Positions 1-12,215 of a stretch of DNA of 64,000 nt are shown piece after piece. This DNA comes from Chiloscyllium plagiosum (taxonomy: Eukaryota). The position numbers and the translations under genes are program-made. Positions within the stretch are counted from its first letter, which is position 1; the number at the start of each line of letters is the position of its first letter. The notes beneath the pieces were generated by a model. It had not been told where the DNA came from, did no database searches, and was given only the letters and a program-made list of their open reading frames with translations. The stretch lies in assembly GCF_004010195.1 (NCBI RefSeq), contig NC_057750.1:16904726-16968725 (forward strand), in the 5' to 3' direction.

Positions 1-570
1 AGACTCCCTCAAAACAGTTTAAGAAGGTATCCCTAAATTTTTCTTATTTTAAAGGCAGATGTATGGTGAATATTCCAGGACTGATGCAGCTGCACTTTAA
101 GCAATACAGAATTTATTTACACACTATGGTTAATACACAAACAAAAGAAAACAGAATTCAGAATAACTTAACTGTTTGGAAACATAACTGACTCGAAATC
201 GCAACTTAATGAAGGAGATGTTTCTTTTAATGTACTCTTGAAATTTTTCCAATACCGTGATATCCCAAAAACACACCCGTTAGCAAATGGTAAATTCAAA
301 CATTGGTTCTTACAGGCAGGAGAGATTGCAGAGAAAAGAGTCAGGCAAGAAACATCTGTTGAAGCATGGAACCTTTTCACATAGTAACAACTTCTCTGCT
401 GCAGTAGATTCTGACTGCCTGGTAAAACAAACCAAACTAGAAAAGAACGTGAACTGGGAGAACTGGCCACTTCCCTGCCTTTGTTTAAAGTAGCCACATT
501 CAGACATATCAGCACCTCTGCCTTTACGCCCCCTCTCAAAAAAAATGACAAAATAACCTTGTTATAGCAT
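1..570. mobile_element. Probable LTR of an LTR retrotransposon (partial)
   Basis: Resembles shark solo-LTR-type repeats (recalled similarity only). Adjacent 600-1410 has weak Gypsy pol-like remnants. Confidence 0.35.
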
Positions 571-1501
571 TGGCACAGATTAAATACCAGGGCTGCAGTA
601 ATAGAAGTTATAGCCTATAGAAATGAGACTGCAGATGGAAAATCTCTCGAGCAAGAAATGCTGCGAGTAACGTTGCAATAAAGAAAGTGTAAGTGAGTTG
701 AAAATGTGTACATAGTTTGTAACCAGCACGTCTTACTTTTGAGACTACACATGTGTCTTGACCTCAACATTCTTAAGGTAGCACAGAGAGTTCAATTGGT
801 TTCATGAAAATAATTGGTTCAGAAATTGTTGCTGTTGAACCACTGAAAGGGCAACCATTGGAAGATTTCAAAGTGCTTCCTAAACTCATGCTGGGACCCT
901 AAAAGAAGGTAGAATCTATTGATGTAATGGTGACCATCAACAGGAAAGAAGTTATAGATTTTACAGGCATGGTAACAAGTGCAGAAGGGCTAGTAAACAA
1001 TTGCAGATACCGAACGATGGATCCCAGATGGCCTCTGTACAACAAGGCAGGATTGAAACAAAAACACATCCTTTTATAATTGTTTATACCTTCCCTTTTG
1101 TGGAAAGGAGAGATTCCAGTCAGTCAGATGGTAGATTTCTGTTCAAACAAAGTTTTATAATGCAGGTCAGGGGCAATGGGTGACAGCAAGACATGGTGGA
1201 GATATTGGCAAATTTCTCCTTTGGACTCAGTTGATTTGTAATGGAAGTATTTCAGCATCCTTTGAGCTAAAATTGGACACTGATGAACTAAAATCTGAAA
1301 GTTTTTATATTGTAGCGTAATCTGGATCAATACACAACTTCCCACTCTGTCACAAGCAGAGAAATTAAACCCGTCGTGAGCAATGTACAGACCACACGTT
1401 ACAGCCACAGTTAAAGCACTGGAGTCTCATCATCTGTCACTCCATAAGGTACAGGCCATTCAGCCCTTTGAAGCTGTTCTGCCCTTGCTGCCAATCATGT
1501 C

Positions 1502-1722
1502 GTGGGGGAGCACTTTGGGGCCAGCGAACATAACTCTATTAGTTTTAAAATAGTGATGGAAAAGGATAGACCAGATCTAAAAGTTGAAAATTTAAATTGG
1601 AGGAAGGTCTATTTTGACGGTATTAGGCAAGAATGTTCAAAAGCTGATTAGGGACAGATGTTCGCAGGTAAAGGGATGGTTGGAAAATGGGAACCCTTCA
1701 GAAATGAGATGATGAGAGTCCA
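1502..1722 (+). mobile_element. CR1 LINE internal fragment (end of endonuclease domain)
   Basis: Encodes GEHFGASEHNSISFKIVMEKDR...LNWRK, the SDH-region motif of CR1 ORF2. Confidence 0.75.
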
Positions 1723-2309
1723 CATACCCAACAAAGAAACAGCCTTAACTGGCTCTGACCAATCAGGTATCAAAGTGGCTTTAAAATTGGCTGTGGGAAG
1801 ATGGCCACCTCAGTGACCAATGACAGAAGTAGCAAGGCAGAGCATTGAATTGGGAACCCAATACTGAACTGAGGGAGATCAGCGTTTGGGTCTAGGGGAA
1901 CCTTCAAACTCCGCAGCCCCACAATTAATGTTGAAAAAATAAATATTGTGCATTAGTGTGAAATAATATTCTGCATTTATGATCTCGTGATGAAAAGACA
2001 ATAATAGTTACTCATTGTCCATTCTCATACTTGCCTCAGGATCTGTACTGGAAGAAATGCATGTAATGCTGTGTAATTTGGCACCGATGGCGGAATACTC
2101 CCTGCAACTGTTCATCCATGATTTCATGCTTAACTTCCACAATCAGTTATCATTATGATAGAGTGGGCTAGATTAATTTGTGTTCTTTGATAGTATTTAC
2201 TGATTCACAGATTTGGAACAGTTATGTGGGCTATTTGTAAAACTGCTTCTTGAACAGAATGAGGAGCATGATATGAAGGTTTTGGGAAGGCTGTGATGGG
2301 GATACTTAG

Positions 2310-2575
2310 AAATCTACAGAACAACAAAGAACAGCATAGGTACAGGCCTTTCAACTCACCAAGCCTGGAGCTGAAACAGTACATCTTTTCTAAACTAAAA
2401 CACTTTTTCTGGCACATGGTCCATATCCCTCTATTCTTTACCTGGTCATGTATCTGACAAGATGCCTCTTAAATGTTGCCATAGTATCAGCCTCCACCAC
2501 CTCCTCTGGCAGCGCATTCTCGACACTTACCATCCTGTGTGTTAAAAGAACTTGCCTTTCAGATCTCCTTTACAG
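2310..2575 (-). mobile_element. CR1 LINE 3' end fragment
   Basis: Similar to other CR1 3' ends in the window (gatgcctcttaaatgttgc...cctccaccacc...ggcagcgcattc). Confidence 0.65.
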
Positions 2576-3107
2576 TATGTATATCAGTCTATGTGGATCT
2601 AGATCCTTCCGCCTACTGCTGAGGCGTCTGTCTGTTTGGTCAGAGCCAGTTAAGGCTGTTTCTTTGTTGGGTATGTGGAACATTCCAGTCCTACTCTGGC
2701 CCACATCCACTATTCTTTCTCTGGTATACTGATGACATCCTTGGTGCTGCTTCCCTTTCTTGTCCAGAATGGGAAAGGGTTATCTATTCAATTTCGAATT
2801 TCCACACCGCCCTCATCTTTACCTGGTTCACCTTTGACCCCTCCCTTCCCTTCCTCATCATCTCTGTTTCCATTTCTGGAGATAAGCTGGCTCCCACTGA
2901 CTCCCACGGTTCTTACACGTTGCTTCCTGTAAAGACTCCATTGCATTCTCCCTGATGCCCAGTCTCCATCGCTTCTGTTCTGATGAGTCCAACTTCAATA
3001 ATGGGCCATCTGAAATGTCCACCTTCTTCCTCAACCAAGGATTCCCCAGCACCGTGGTTGACAGGGCCCTCAGCCGTGTCCGACCCATCTCCCACACCAC
3101 ACCTCAA

Positions 3108-3410
3108 GGGTTAGCACTGCTGCCTCACAGCACCAGGGTCCGGGTTTGATTCCAGCCTCGGGCGACTGTCTGTGTGGAGTTTGCACATTCTCCCCGTGTC
3201 TGCGTGGGTTTCCTCCGGGTGCTCCGGTTTCCTCCCACAATCCAAAGATGTGCAGGTCAGGTGAATTGGCCATGCTAAATTGCCTATAGTGTTAGGTGCA
3301 TTAGTCAGAGGGAAATGGGTCTGGGTGGGTTGCTCTTCGGAGGGTCGGTGTGGATTGGTTGGGCCGAAGAGCCTGTTTCCACACTGTAGGGAATCTAATC
3401 TAATCTAATC
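3108..3410 (+). mobile_element. HE1-type (V-SINE) tRNA-derived SINE
   Basis: tRNA-like head, V-domain gtgtggagtttgcacattctccccgtgtctgcgtgggtttcctccggg, (AATCT)n tail. Confidence 0.9.
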
Positions 3411-4264
3411 TCCTTCCCTCTCACAACAGCAATGGGGTGTCCCTTATCCTTACCTACCATCCCAACAGCATCCACATCCAGAGGATCATCAGCTGCCATT
3501 TCCGCCACCTCCAGTGAGATACCATATTCCCCTACCCTTCCTTGCCTTCTGCAGGAACTATTCCCTCCAGGACACCCCGGTCTACTCCTCCTTCACTCCC
3601 AACACATCTCCACAGCCTCATGGCATCTTGCCTTGAAATTGCAGAAGATATAACACCTGCCCATTTACTTCCTCCCTCCTCACTATCCAAGGCCCCAAGT
3701 ACACCTTCCAAATGAAGTAGTGTTTTCCCTGTACTTCACTCAGTGTAGTGTACTATATTCATTGCTTACAATGTTGGCTCCTCTATATTGGGGAGACAAA
3801 ACGCAGACTGGGTGACTGCTTCAGAGAACATCTACATTCTATCCACAAAAAGTACCCTGAGCTTCCAGTTGCATGCCCCTTCAACACCCCACCATCTTCT
3901 CTGTCTCAGTCTTGATGCATGTCTCCAGCGAAGCTCAGCACAAGCTGGAAGAATAGCACCTCATTTTCCATTTGGGTACTCTGCAGCCTCTGGACTCGAT
4001 GTCAAGTTCAACAATTTTAGGACTGGAGCACCTTCCCCCATGCTTTTCCCCACCCCTCCCACACCAGGCCTTTTTATCACCCATCATTAGCCACTAATTG
4101 TCTCCATTAGTAGCTATGCTTTCCCCTGGATTGACCTTTAAACACACCTTTATCTGTCCAACTGTTTTCTCTCTCTTTTGGCTCTACCTCCACCTATTGT
4201 TTATTCTCCCCCCTCCCCTCACCCCACCTTCTGTGTAAAGACCATTCTTTTCCAAGCTACCATC

Positions 4265-4302
4265 AGTTCTGAAGAAGGGTCACTGGACATGAAACGTTAA
4301 CT
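4265..4302 (+). ncRNA. Degenerate minimal hammerhead motif at a Penelope 3' terminus
   Basis: agtt CTGAAGA A GGGTC actg GACAT GAAA CGTT aact; stem I agtt:aact intact, stem II base mismatched. Confidence 0.45.
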
Positions 4303-4690
4303 CTGATTTCCCTCCACTGATGCTGCCTGACCTGCTGAGATTTTCCAGCAATTTCTATTTTTGTTTCAGATTTCCAGCATCCGCAACTCTTTCAGGTTTA
4401 ATTTTTGGTCAGTCCCTGACATTGATTTCTCATGGCTCACCTTTTTAAAATCATTCAACGAAAGGTCATGGAGTCATAGAAGCGTACAGCACAGAAACAG
4501 ACCCTTCGGTCCAACTTGTCCATGCCGACCAGATATCCCAACCTAATCTAGTCCCATTTGTCAGAGTTCAGCATGTTTTCCTCCAAATCATTTCCTTCAA
4601 TGCCCCTTATCATGTTTCTTCGTGGTTGCTTTGGAGGTTAATTTTCAATCCCAGCAAACAATCCCGAGTGTCACATACAGGCAAGCATTT

Positions 4691-4910
4691 GGAGACGCCG
4701 ATGTTGGACTGGGGTGGACAAAGTTAAAAATCACACAACACCAGGTTATAGTCCAACAGGTCTATTTGGAAGCACGAACTTTCAGAGCACTGCTCCTTTG
4801 TCAGGTAGTTAGTGGGACAAGGTACATAGGTCACAGCAGCGTTCTGAAAGCTTGTACTTTCAAATAAATCTCTTGGACTATAACCTGGTGTCGTGTGAGT
4901 TTTAACTTTG
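4691..4910. mobile_element. Fold-back PLE terminal-repeat element
   Basis: caaagttaaaaatcacacaacaccaggttatagtccaa... and its reverse complement ...ttggactataacctggtgtcgtgtgagttttaactttg. Confidence 0.8.
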
Positions 4911-5093
4911 AGGTAGAGGCTTCCAAAGTTACACAGACATCTGAGAGAAAACAATTTTCCTCAATTCCATCCTAAAAGTGCGACCCCTAATTTTAAAACA
5001 GTGTTTCCTGGTCCTGGACTCACCCACAAGGGAAAGTATCGTTTCCACATCCACCTTGTCACAACCATTCAGAATATTAAACACTTCAATCAA

Positions 5094-5261
5094 CCCAAAG
5101 AAACCTAAACATATAAATAGAAAGCAGGAATTTTCAGCATTCGTCTGAGGCCCACTGAAGATATTACCTAGTAGGGTAACGGAACGTCTGGAAATGAACC
5201 TTGCAACTCAACGAGCAAACCTACATCCAAAACCTCAACCTGAGCTACAAATCTTCTCAAA
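5094..5261 (+). mobile_element. Short PLE-type terminal fragment inserted in a CR1 remnant, 11-bp TSD
   Basis: TSD ACTTCAATCAA at 5083-5093 and 5262-5272; contains a hammerhead-like motif. Confidence 0.7.
5152..5191 (+). ncRNA. Mutated hammerhead motif of a separate PLE-type family
   Basis: cca CTGAAGA t ATTACC tagtag GGTAAC GGAA CGTC tgg; stem I cca:tgg; GAAA mutated to GGAA. Confidence 0.45.
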
Positions 5262-5459
5262 ACTTCAATCAAGTCAACCCTCCTCCCCATCAACCTTTGA
5301 AACTCCAGTGGAAACAAACCGAGCCTGTCCAACTTATCCTCATCAGACAACCCGCTCATTACTGTGTTCTTCCCCCAAACTGCCTTCTTTAAATATAATG
5401 AACAAAACTGCATTTGAGATGTGGCAACCCTAGTTGGCAACTCTGCATGAGGTCTAGGT

Positions 5460-5672
5460 TAAAGTTAAGTCGCTACAGTCTTACCAGACCATAGGGCTGC
5501 TCTCTCATCAGAGGGAGATGGCTGGTGGTGGTTTAACCTGAGGGCCACCACATCTCAGGGGAGGGAGAGGTTGAGGAGAGTCCTTCACGGTAACCTCAGC
5601 CAGTGATGGGAATTGAACCCACGCTGTTGGCATCATATTGCTTTGCAAACAATCTTCCAGCCAACTGAGTTA
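5460..5672 (-). mobile_element. tRNA-derived SINE
   Basis: Reverse strand begins taactcagttgg (A box) ... gggttcaattccc (B box), followed by a non-tRNA body. Confidence 0.75.
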
Positions 5673-6275
5673 GAGTCATAGAGTCATAGAGATGTACAGC
5701 ATGGAAACAGACCCTTCAGTCCAACTCGCCCATGCTGACCAGATATCCCAACCCAATTTAGTCTCACCTGCCAGCACCTGGCCCATATCCCTCCAAACTC
5801 TTCCTATTCATACCCATCCAGATGCCTTTTAAATGTTGCAATTGTACTACCCTCCACCACCTCCTGTGGCAGCTCATTCCATATATGTAATACCCTCTGT
5901 GTGAAAAGGTTGCCCCTTAGGTCTCTTTTATATCTTGCCCCTCTCACCCTAAACCTATGCCCTCTGGTTCTGGACTCCCCAACCACAGGGAAAAGACTTT
6001 GCCTATTTACCCTATCCATTCCCATCATAATTTTGTAAAACTCTATAAGGCCACCCCTCAGCCTCCGACGCTCCAGGGAAAACAGCCCCAGCCTGTTCAA
6101 CCTCTCCCTGTAGCTCAAATCCTCCAACCCTGGCAACATCCTTGTAAATCTTTTCTGAACCCTTTCAAGTTTCACAACATCTTTCCGATAGAAAGGAGAC
6201 CAGAATTGCATGCAATATTCCGACAGTGGCCTAACCAATATCCTGTACAGCCGCAACATGACCTCCCAACTCCAG

Positions 6276-6405
6276 GGAGAAAGTGAGGTCTGCAGATGCT
6301 GGAGATCAGAGCTGAAAATGTGTTGCTGGAAAAGCGCAGCAGGTCAGGCAGCATCCAGGGAACAGGAGAATCGACGTTTCGGGCATAAGCCCTTCTTCAG
6401 GAGGG
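6276..6405 (-). mobile_element. PLE terminal fragment inserted in the CR1
   Basis: ggagaaagtgaggtctgcagatgctggagatcagagc...cccttcttcagg interrupts CR1 coding sequence. Confidence 0.85.
6371..6402 (-). ncRNA. Minimal hammerhead ribozyme motif (Penelope-derived)
   Basis: Reverse strand reads tc CTGAAGA A GGGC ttat GCCC GAAA CGTC ga; core is intact but stem I is only 2 bp. Confidence 0.55.
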
Positions 6406-8234
6406 CTCCAGTACTCTTGTACTCAATACTCTGACCAATAAAGGAAAGCATACCAAATGCCTTCTTCACTATCCTATCTACCTGCGACTCCACTTTCAAG
6501 GAGCTATGAACCTGCACTCCAAGGTCTCTTTGTTCATCAACACTGCCCAGGACCTAACCATTAAGTGTATAAGTCCTGCTAAGATTTGCTTTCCCAAAGT
6601 GCAGCACCTCGCATTTGTCTGAATTAAACTCCATCTGCCATTCCTCAGCCCATTGGCCTATCTGGTCAAGATCCTGTTGTAATCTGAGGTAACCCTCTTC
6701 GCTGTCCACTACACCCTCCAATTTTGGTGTCATCAGCAAACATACTAACCGTACCTTTTACGCTCGCATCCAAATCATTTATGTAAATGAAAAAAAGTAG
6801 AGGACCTAGCACCGATCATTGTGGCACTCCACTGGTCACAGGCCTCCAGTCTGAAAAACAACCCTCTACCACCACCCTCTGTCTTCTACCTTTGAGCCAG
6901 TTCTGTATCCAAATGGCTAGTTCTCCCTGTATTCCATGAGATCTAACCTTGCTAACCAGTCTCCCATGGGGAACCTTGTCAAACGCCTCACTGAAGTCCA
7001 TATGGATCACATCTACCACCCCGCCCTCATCAATCCATTTTGTTACCTCCTCAAAAAAACTCAATCAAGTTTGTGAGACATGATTTCCCACGCACAAAGC
7101 CATGTTGACTATCCCTAATCAGTCCTTGCCTTTCCAAATACAGGTACATCCTGTCCCTCAGGATTCCCTCCAACAACTTGCCCACCACTGACGTCAGGCT
7201 CACTGGTCTATAGTTCTCTGGCTTGTCCTTACCACCCTTCTTAAACAGTGGCACCATGTTAGCCAACCTCCAGTCTTCTGACACCTCACCTGTAACTATT
7301 GATGATACAAATATCTCAGCAAGAGGCCCAGCAATCACTTCCCTAGCTTCCCACAGATTCTAGGGTACACCTGATCCAATCATGAGGATTTATCCACCTT
7401 TACCCGTTTCAAGATATCCAGCACTTCCTCCTCTATAATATGGACATTTTGCAAGATGTCACCATCTATTTCCCTACAGTTTATATCTTCCATATCCTTT
7501 TCCACAGTAAATACTGATGCAAAATACTCATTTAATATCTCCCCCATCTCCTGCAGCTCCACACAAAGGCCGCCTTGCTGATCTTTGAGGGGCCTATTCT
7601 CCTCCTAGTTACCATTTTGTCCTTAATGTATTTGTAAAAACCCTTTGGATTCTCCTTAATTCTATTTGCCAAAGCTATCTCATGTCCCCTTTTTGCCCAC
7701 CTGATTTCCCTCTTAAGTATACTCCTACTTCCTTTATTCTCTTCTAAGGATTCACTCGATCTATCCTGTCTATAGCTGACATATGCTTCCTTCTTTTTCT
7801 TAACCAAACCCTCAATTTCTTTAGTCATCCCATTCTCGGAAGAGATTACAGAATCAGAGCTGAGATGGCAGGGAGGGACACTGGTGTATTGTTTCGGACT
7901 GATAATCTACAGGCATGGATTTATATTCTAATATGGTTCCTGGTGGGGTTTAAATTCACTTAATAAATCTGACATTATAAAGTTTGCAGCAAAGCTAGTA
8001 TGTTGGGTTAAAGTGCATTCAACAGTTCCTGAAGATTGCTGGCTATAAAATACTCTAATATTTTTCTGCAACAGATTCAGTTTCAACAACAGCCTCTGAC
8101 ACCCGCTCCTTCTCATTACTTTCTCTTAGACCCTCAGATCATATGAGCAGCTGTCATTTCCCTCTATGACGTCACAGACTATTACAATTAACCCTTTAGG
8201 GGACTTGGTCTAACATTCTCCATTACATTATTTT

Positions 8235-8400
8235 AAATTGGTAACCACGACGACGATCATCGATTCTTGTTAAAATCCCATCTGGTTCACTAATAATGCC
8301 TTTTAGGTGCCACTGAGTCTGATCATTTCAAAGGCAATTTGGGATCAGCAACAATTGCAGGCCTTGCCAGTGACGCCCACATCATATGAAAAAATAAAGA
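8235..8400 (+). mobile_element. Deu-domain SINE fragment
   Basis: aatcccatctggttcactaa...ggcaatttgggat...cccacatc, shared with the copy at 18640-19675. Confidence 0.6.
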
Positions 8401-10974
8401 AGGACAAAGTAGCCAGGGCCGAGAGAGAGGAGGTTTGGAGAGGGCTGTGGGGAAGCATGTAACCCCCAACTGCTTAAGGGACAGGGGAGTGGGGGGGTCA
8501 GTTGGTGTTATTGTTATTTGCATAGTACAAGCAGCAAAGAATATAACAGGTGGGAATGTGCCTAAACAACATCCAACATCTGGATGTGTTAGCTGGGAGA
8601 GTGGCTGGATCAATCTAGATCTCCATCACAACGGGCACTATGTTAGTGCTCACCGACAACATTGCAATCTGAGCTCTGAGTCAGTGGGGTCTCCGGGAGA
8701 GTCCAGGCCATAATCCTGGCTGATTCCAAATCACTGTGCTGAGGCAGAATCTTCAAGATCCCAGTTGCCCCTCAGGTTGGTACAAATAATTTATTGCCGA
8801 CATTTTGAAGAAGAGCCAGTCGAACCAGGTGATTTGGTCATCGCAACATTGCTTTTGGGCTTTGCTTTACACTGATTGTCTGTCATGTTTCTAATGTCAC
8901 AGTAAGGGCTACACTGGAACCAGTCACAGGAATTCAGCAGGTCTGGTAGTGTCTGTGGGAAGGGAAACAAAATTAACATTTTGAATCCAATCTGAATCTT
9001 CTGAACCAGCACTTCACTGGCAGCAAAGCACTTTGGGAAGTGCCATGATGTCATGAAAGGTGCTAAATGCATCTTATTTGCTTCACATTAAAAACATTGG
9101 AGAAAAGAGTACAATGAGGAAACCAAAATGATTGTTGCTAGAATACAATATTTCACCTGTGCAATGGATTGAATGCAAATTACATGAGTTGTTCTGTCAG
9201 TCGTATCCTGTTTGATTTGCCTCTCACTCTCCCTTTGTTTTTTAAGGCATTCTTTAAAACCTTCCCAAGACTGAAAGTATTTAAAGAGGAAGTGGATAGG
9301 TCTTTGAAATATTGAGGAGTTGTGGGCTATGAAGGTTTGGCATAAAAGAGGAATTAAGTCTCTAAGCCAAGGCCTTATAAAAGTGAAAGGCTGAATGGCC
9401 TATTCTTGCTCATAATTCTATGCTCTTATATTCCTTGACAAAGCTATTGAATAATTAATCTAAAATTACCTATTGAGGCATGGTGTCGAGTGTTGCTTTT
9501 ATCAAAAGTTGCAGACCCTCAAACAGGAGGACGTTTGTCATGAGGCAAAAGTCAAGAGTCTGCATGTAGAGTTGTTTAACACAGAGAGGCTTTGGTGCTG
9601 CAGATACTGTGTGGTTTTATCTCACCATAAAACTCTTGTGCTCTTGCTGCCTGGCATAGCGCCTGAGGGTTGTTGCACTGTGGCTGTGTTATGAATGAAA
9701 TTTCCTTGGTAATAGAGTCCTGGAGTGGGGCTTGAATGTGGATGTTCTAACTCAGAGGTAGAGGCACTATCCACTACACAACAAGACCTCCTGTAATTTT
9801 ACTTCGTAATGATCCTGTGAATTGCCTTGGACATTTTATTCTGTTAGAAGACCAATATAACTTTAAGTTGTTGTTGGATAAATATGATTGGCATGGCATT
9901 CAAGCTAGGAATTATATAGGGACTGTATGTTGTATTATGAATTTTTGATAAAATTAGCCTCAAACTCTATTCCTTATAGCCTTGCCTTTTTTGGATTTTT
10001 GAATACAGAATGAGGCTGCTTGGTCCCTGGTGCCTGGCTCTGTACACAATCTCCATCCCTCCATCTTTGTTTAAAGTATTTCTCTACCTTCCCATTAAAA
10101 CTGCAAAGTGCTCTCTCTGCCCTATTTAATGTAATGAAGCATTCACATGATAACTCTGTAATGAGCATAAAGAGTAACCCCCCCAACTCCCACTGCGCTT
10201 GTACACTTTTAGAATTCTATATTTTATTCATGTAAGTATATAATTTATATTTTAAAATTTTGTATGACCTCTCCTTGTTATTTCTACAAAAATGTACTAC
10301 TTCACACTTCTCAGCATTAAATTGCATCTGATGACCCATTCCACAAACTTGTCTGTGTTAACTTGAAGTGTATCGCATTCCTTCTCACAGTTCAAAATGC
10401 TACCAAGTTTTGTGTCATCTTCAAATCTTGAAGTTGTGCCCTGACACCAAATTCTAGGTAATTAATATAGATCAAGAAAGCTGTGCTCTAAGTCTTAGGG
10501 AACCCCTGTTTACTGTTCATTTTCCTCCAGCCTGAAAACTAACTCCTCACCAGTACTCTACCTCATGACACTCAATTAACTTTGTTTCAACTGAAACAAA
10601 AGCAAAGTACTGTAGTTGCTAGAGATATAAAATAAACAAAAGGAAAGTGCTGGAGAAACACAGCAGGTGTCAGTGGAGAGAAAAACAGAGTTAATATTTC
10701 CAAGATCACTTGTCGTTGGAACTTTGTATCTATGTTGCTACCGTCTTTCTTATGTCATAGGCTTCACCTTCATAGGCAAGTCTATTCTATGGCACTTTAT
10801 CAAATGCTATCTGGAAGTCCATCAACCACATTACTTTGCCAAGCCTTTCTGTCACTTTATCAGAAAGTTCAATAAAATTAGTTAAGCATAATTTGCCATT
10901 AATGATTCATATTGTCTTTCCTTAACTACTTGCCTGAGTGACCATAAGTGTTCTCCATTTTCTTTTTTTCTGAT

Positions 10975-11690
10975 AGACAGTAGTGTGTGTATGGAATGAG
11001 CTGCCAGAGGAATTGCTGGAAGCTGGTACAATTACAACATTTAAAAGTTAAAAATCACACAACACCAGGCCCAACTGGTTTATTTCGAGTAGAAACTTTC
11101 AGAGCAGCACCATAGCTTGGTCTTCTGTGATATTTAACTTTGTCTGCCCCAGTCCAATACTGGCATCTCCACAACATTTAAAAGACATTTGGATGGGTAT
11201 ATGATTAGGAAGGGTGTGAACGGATATTGGCCAAATGCTAGAAAATGGATCTAGATTAATTAAGGATATCTGGTCAGCATGGACAGATTTCCTCTGGGTG
11301 CTCCAGTTTCCTACCACAGTTCAAAGATGTACAGGTTAGGTGAACTGGCCATGCTAAATTGTCCATAGTGTTCAGGGAGGTGTAGGTTGGGTGCATTAGT
11401 TGGGGGTAAATGGAGAGTTTGGGTGAGATACTCTTCAGAGGATTGGTGTGCACTTGTTGGGCTGAATGGCCTGTTTCCGCACTGTAGGGATTCTAATCTA
11501 TTCTAAAGAAGGGTGCTGGGAAAGCACAGCAGGTCAGGCAGCATCCGAGGTGCAGGAAAATCAACATTTCAGGCAAAAGTCCTTCATCAGGATTCCTGCT
11601 CCTCGGATGCTGCCTGACTGCTGTGCTTTTCCAGCACCACTCTAATCTTGACTCTAATCTCGAGCATCTGCAGTACCCACTTTTGCCTAT
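10975..11690. mobile_element. Cluster: CR1 3' end (+) with fold-back PLE insertion (11048-11170), partial HE1 SINE (11287-11500), fold-back PLE (11510-11688)
   Basis: TSD ACAACATTTAAAAG at 11034-11047 and 11171-11184; similarity to other copies in the window. Confidence 0.8.
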
Positions 11691-11754
11691 TCTATAGAAG
11701 GGTCTGTTGCCATGCTGTACAGCTCTAAGACTTATTAATTTGAGAAAATTCAAG

Positions 11755-12215
11755 TTTAAGAGGCACATAATTAGCAGACATTCGCCCTTAAGAGATATTC
11801 CCCTTTAGGAGACATTCTGTTTTGAGAGACATTCTACTTTAAGATAGACAGGCAGGAGGCTGGAAGAACACAGCAGGCCAGGCAGGTTACACCTGAAAAG
11901 TCAACTTCTCCACCTCCTAATGCTGCTTGGCCTGATGTGTTCTTCCTGCCTCCTGCCTGTCTAATTTGAATTCCAGCATCTTGCAGTTTTTTTTGGTTCC
12001 TAACCAATTTTGATTCTACTTTAAGAGACACTCATTTCAGACAATCATTTTTGAGAGGTTCTCATTGAAGGGAATTCCCCACAAAAGGCACTTATTTGAG
12101 TTACATTTCTCTTTAAGAGACATACTCCTTTAAGAAACATTCCACTTTAAGACATTCCTTTTGAGAGTCTCTCATTGAAGAGACATTCCTCTTTAAGACA
12201 AGTCCCCTTTAAGAC
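11755..12215. repeat. Degenerate ~17-bp tandem repeat (GAGACATTCCTCTTTAA-like), interrupted by a fold-back PLE (11845-12012)
   Basis: Recurrent gagacattc...tttaa units; the insertion is flanked by ATTCTACTTTAAGA at 11831-11844 and 12013-12026. Confidence 0.75.

Larger units (their letters stand above)
2600..4390 (+). mobile_element. Penelope-like element 3' portion (RT C-terminus, GIY-YIG endonuclease, terminal repeat), interrupted by a SINE
   Basis: Remnants FFLNQGFPSTVVDRAL and LYIGETKRRLGDCFREH; terminal repeat with hammerhead-like motif near 4270. Confidence 0.8.
5673..7832 (-). mobile_element. CR1 LINE, 5'-truncated, well preserved RT region and 3' tail
   Basis: ORF pieces with NYRPVSLTSVVGKLLE, QHGFVRGKSCLTNL, DFSEAFDKVPH, TSGVPQ, LERRRLRGGLIE; (CTATGACT)n tail. 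Confidence 0.95.

Noticed and set aside
600..1410. Gypsy pol coding region
   Set aside because: Only a vague RNase H-like resemblance with many stops; too weak to call as a separate feature.
3108..5672. tRNA-like A/B boxes at about 3110 and 5600-5670 as tRNA genes
   Set aside because: There is no complete cloverleaf, and both run directly into SINE bodies that recur as repeats.
11755..12215. Short repeated units as a CRISPR-like array
   Set aside because: The units are tandem and degenerate with no unique spacers, there are no cas genes, and the context is a vertebrate genome.
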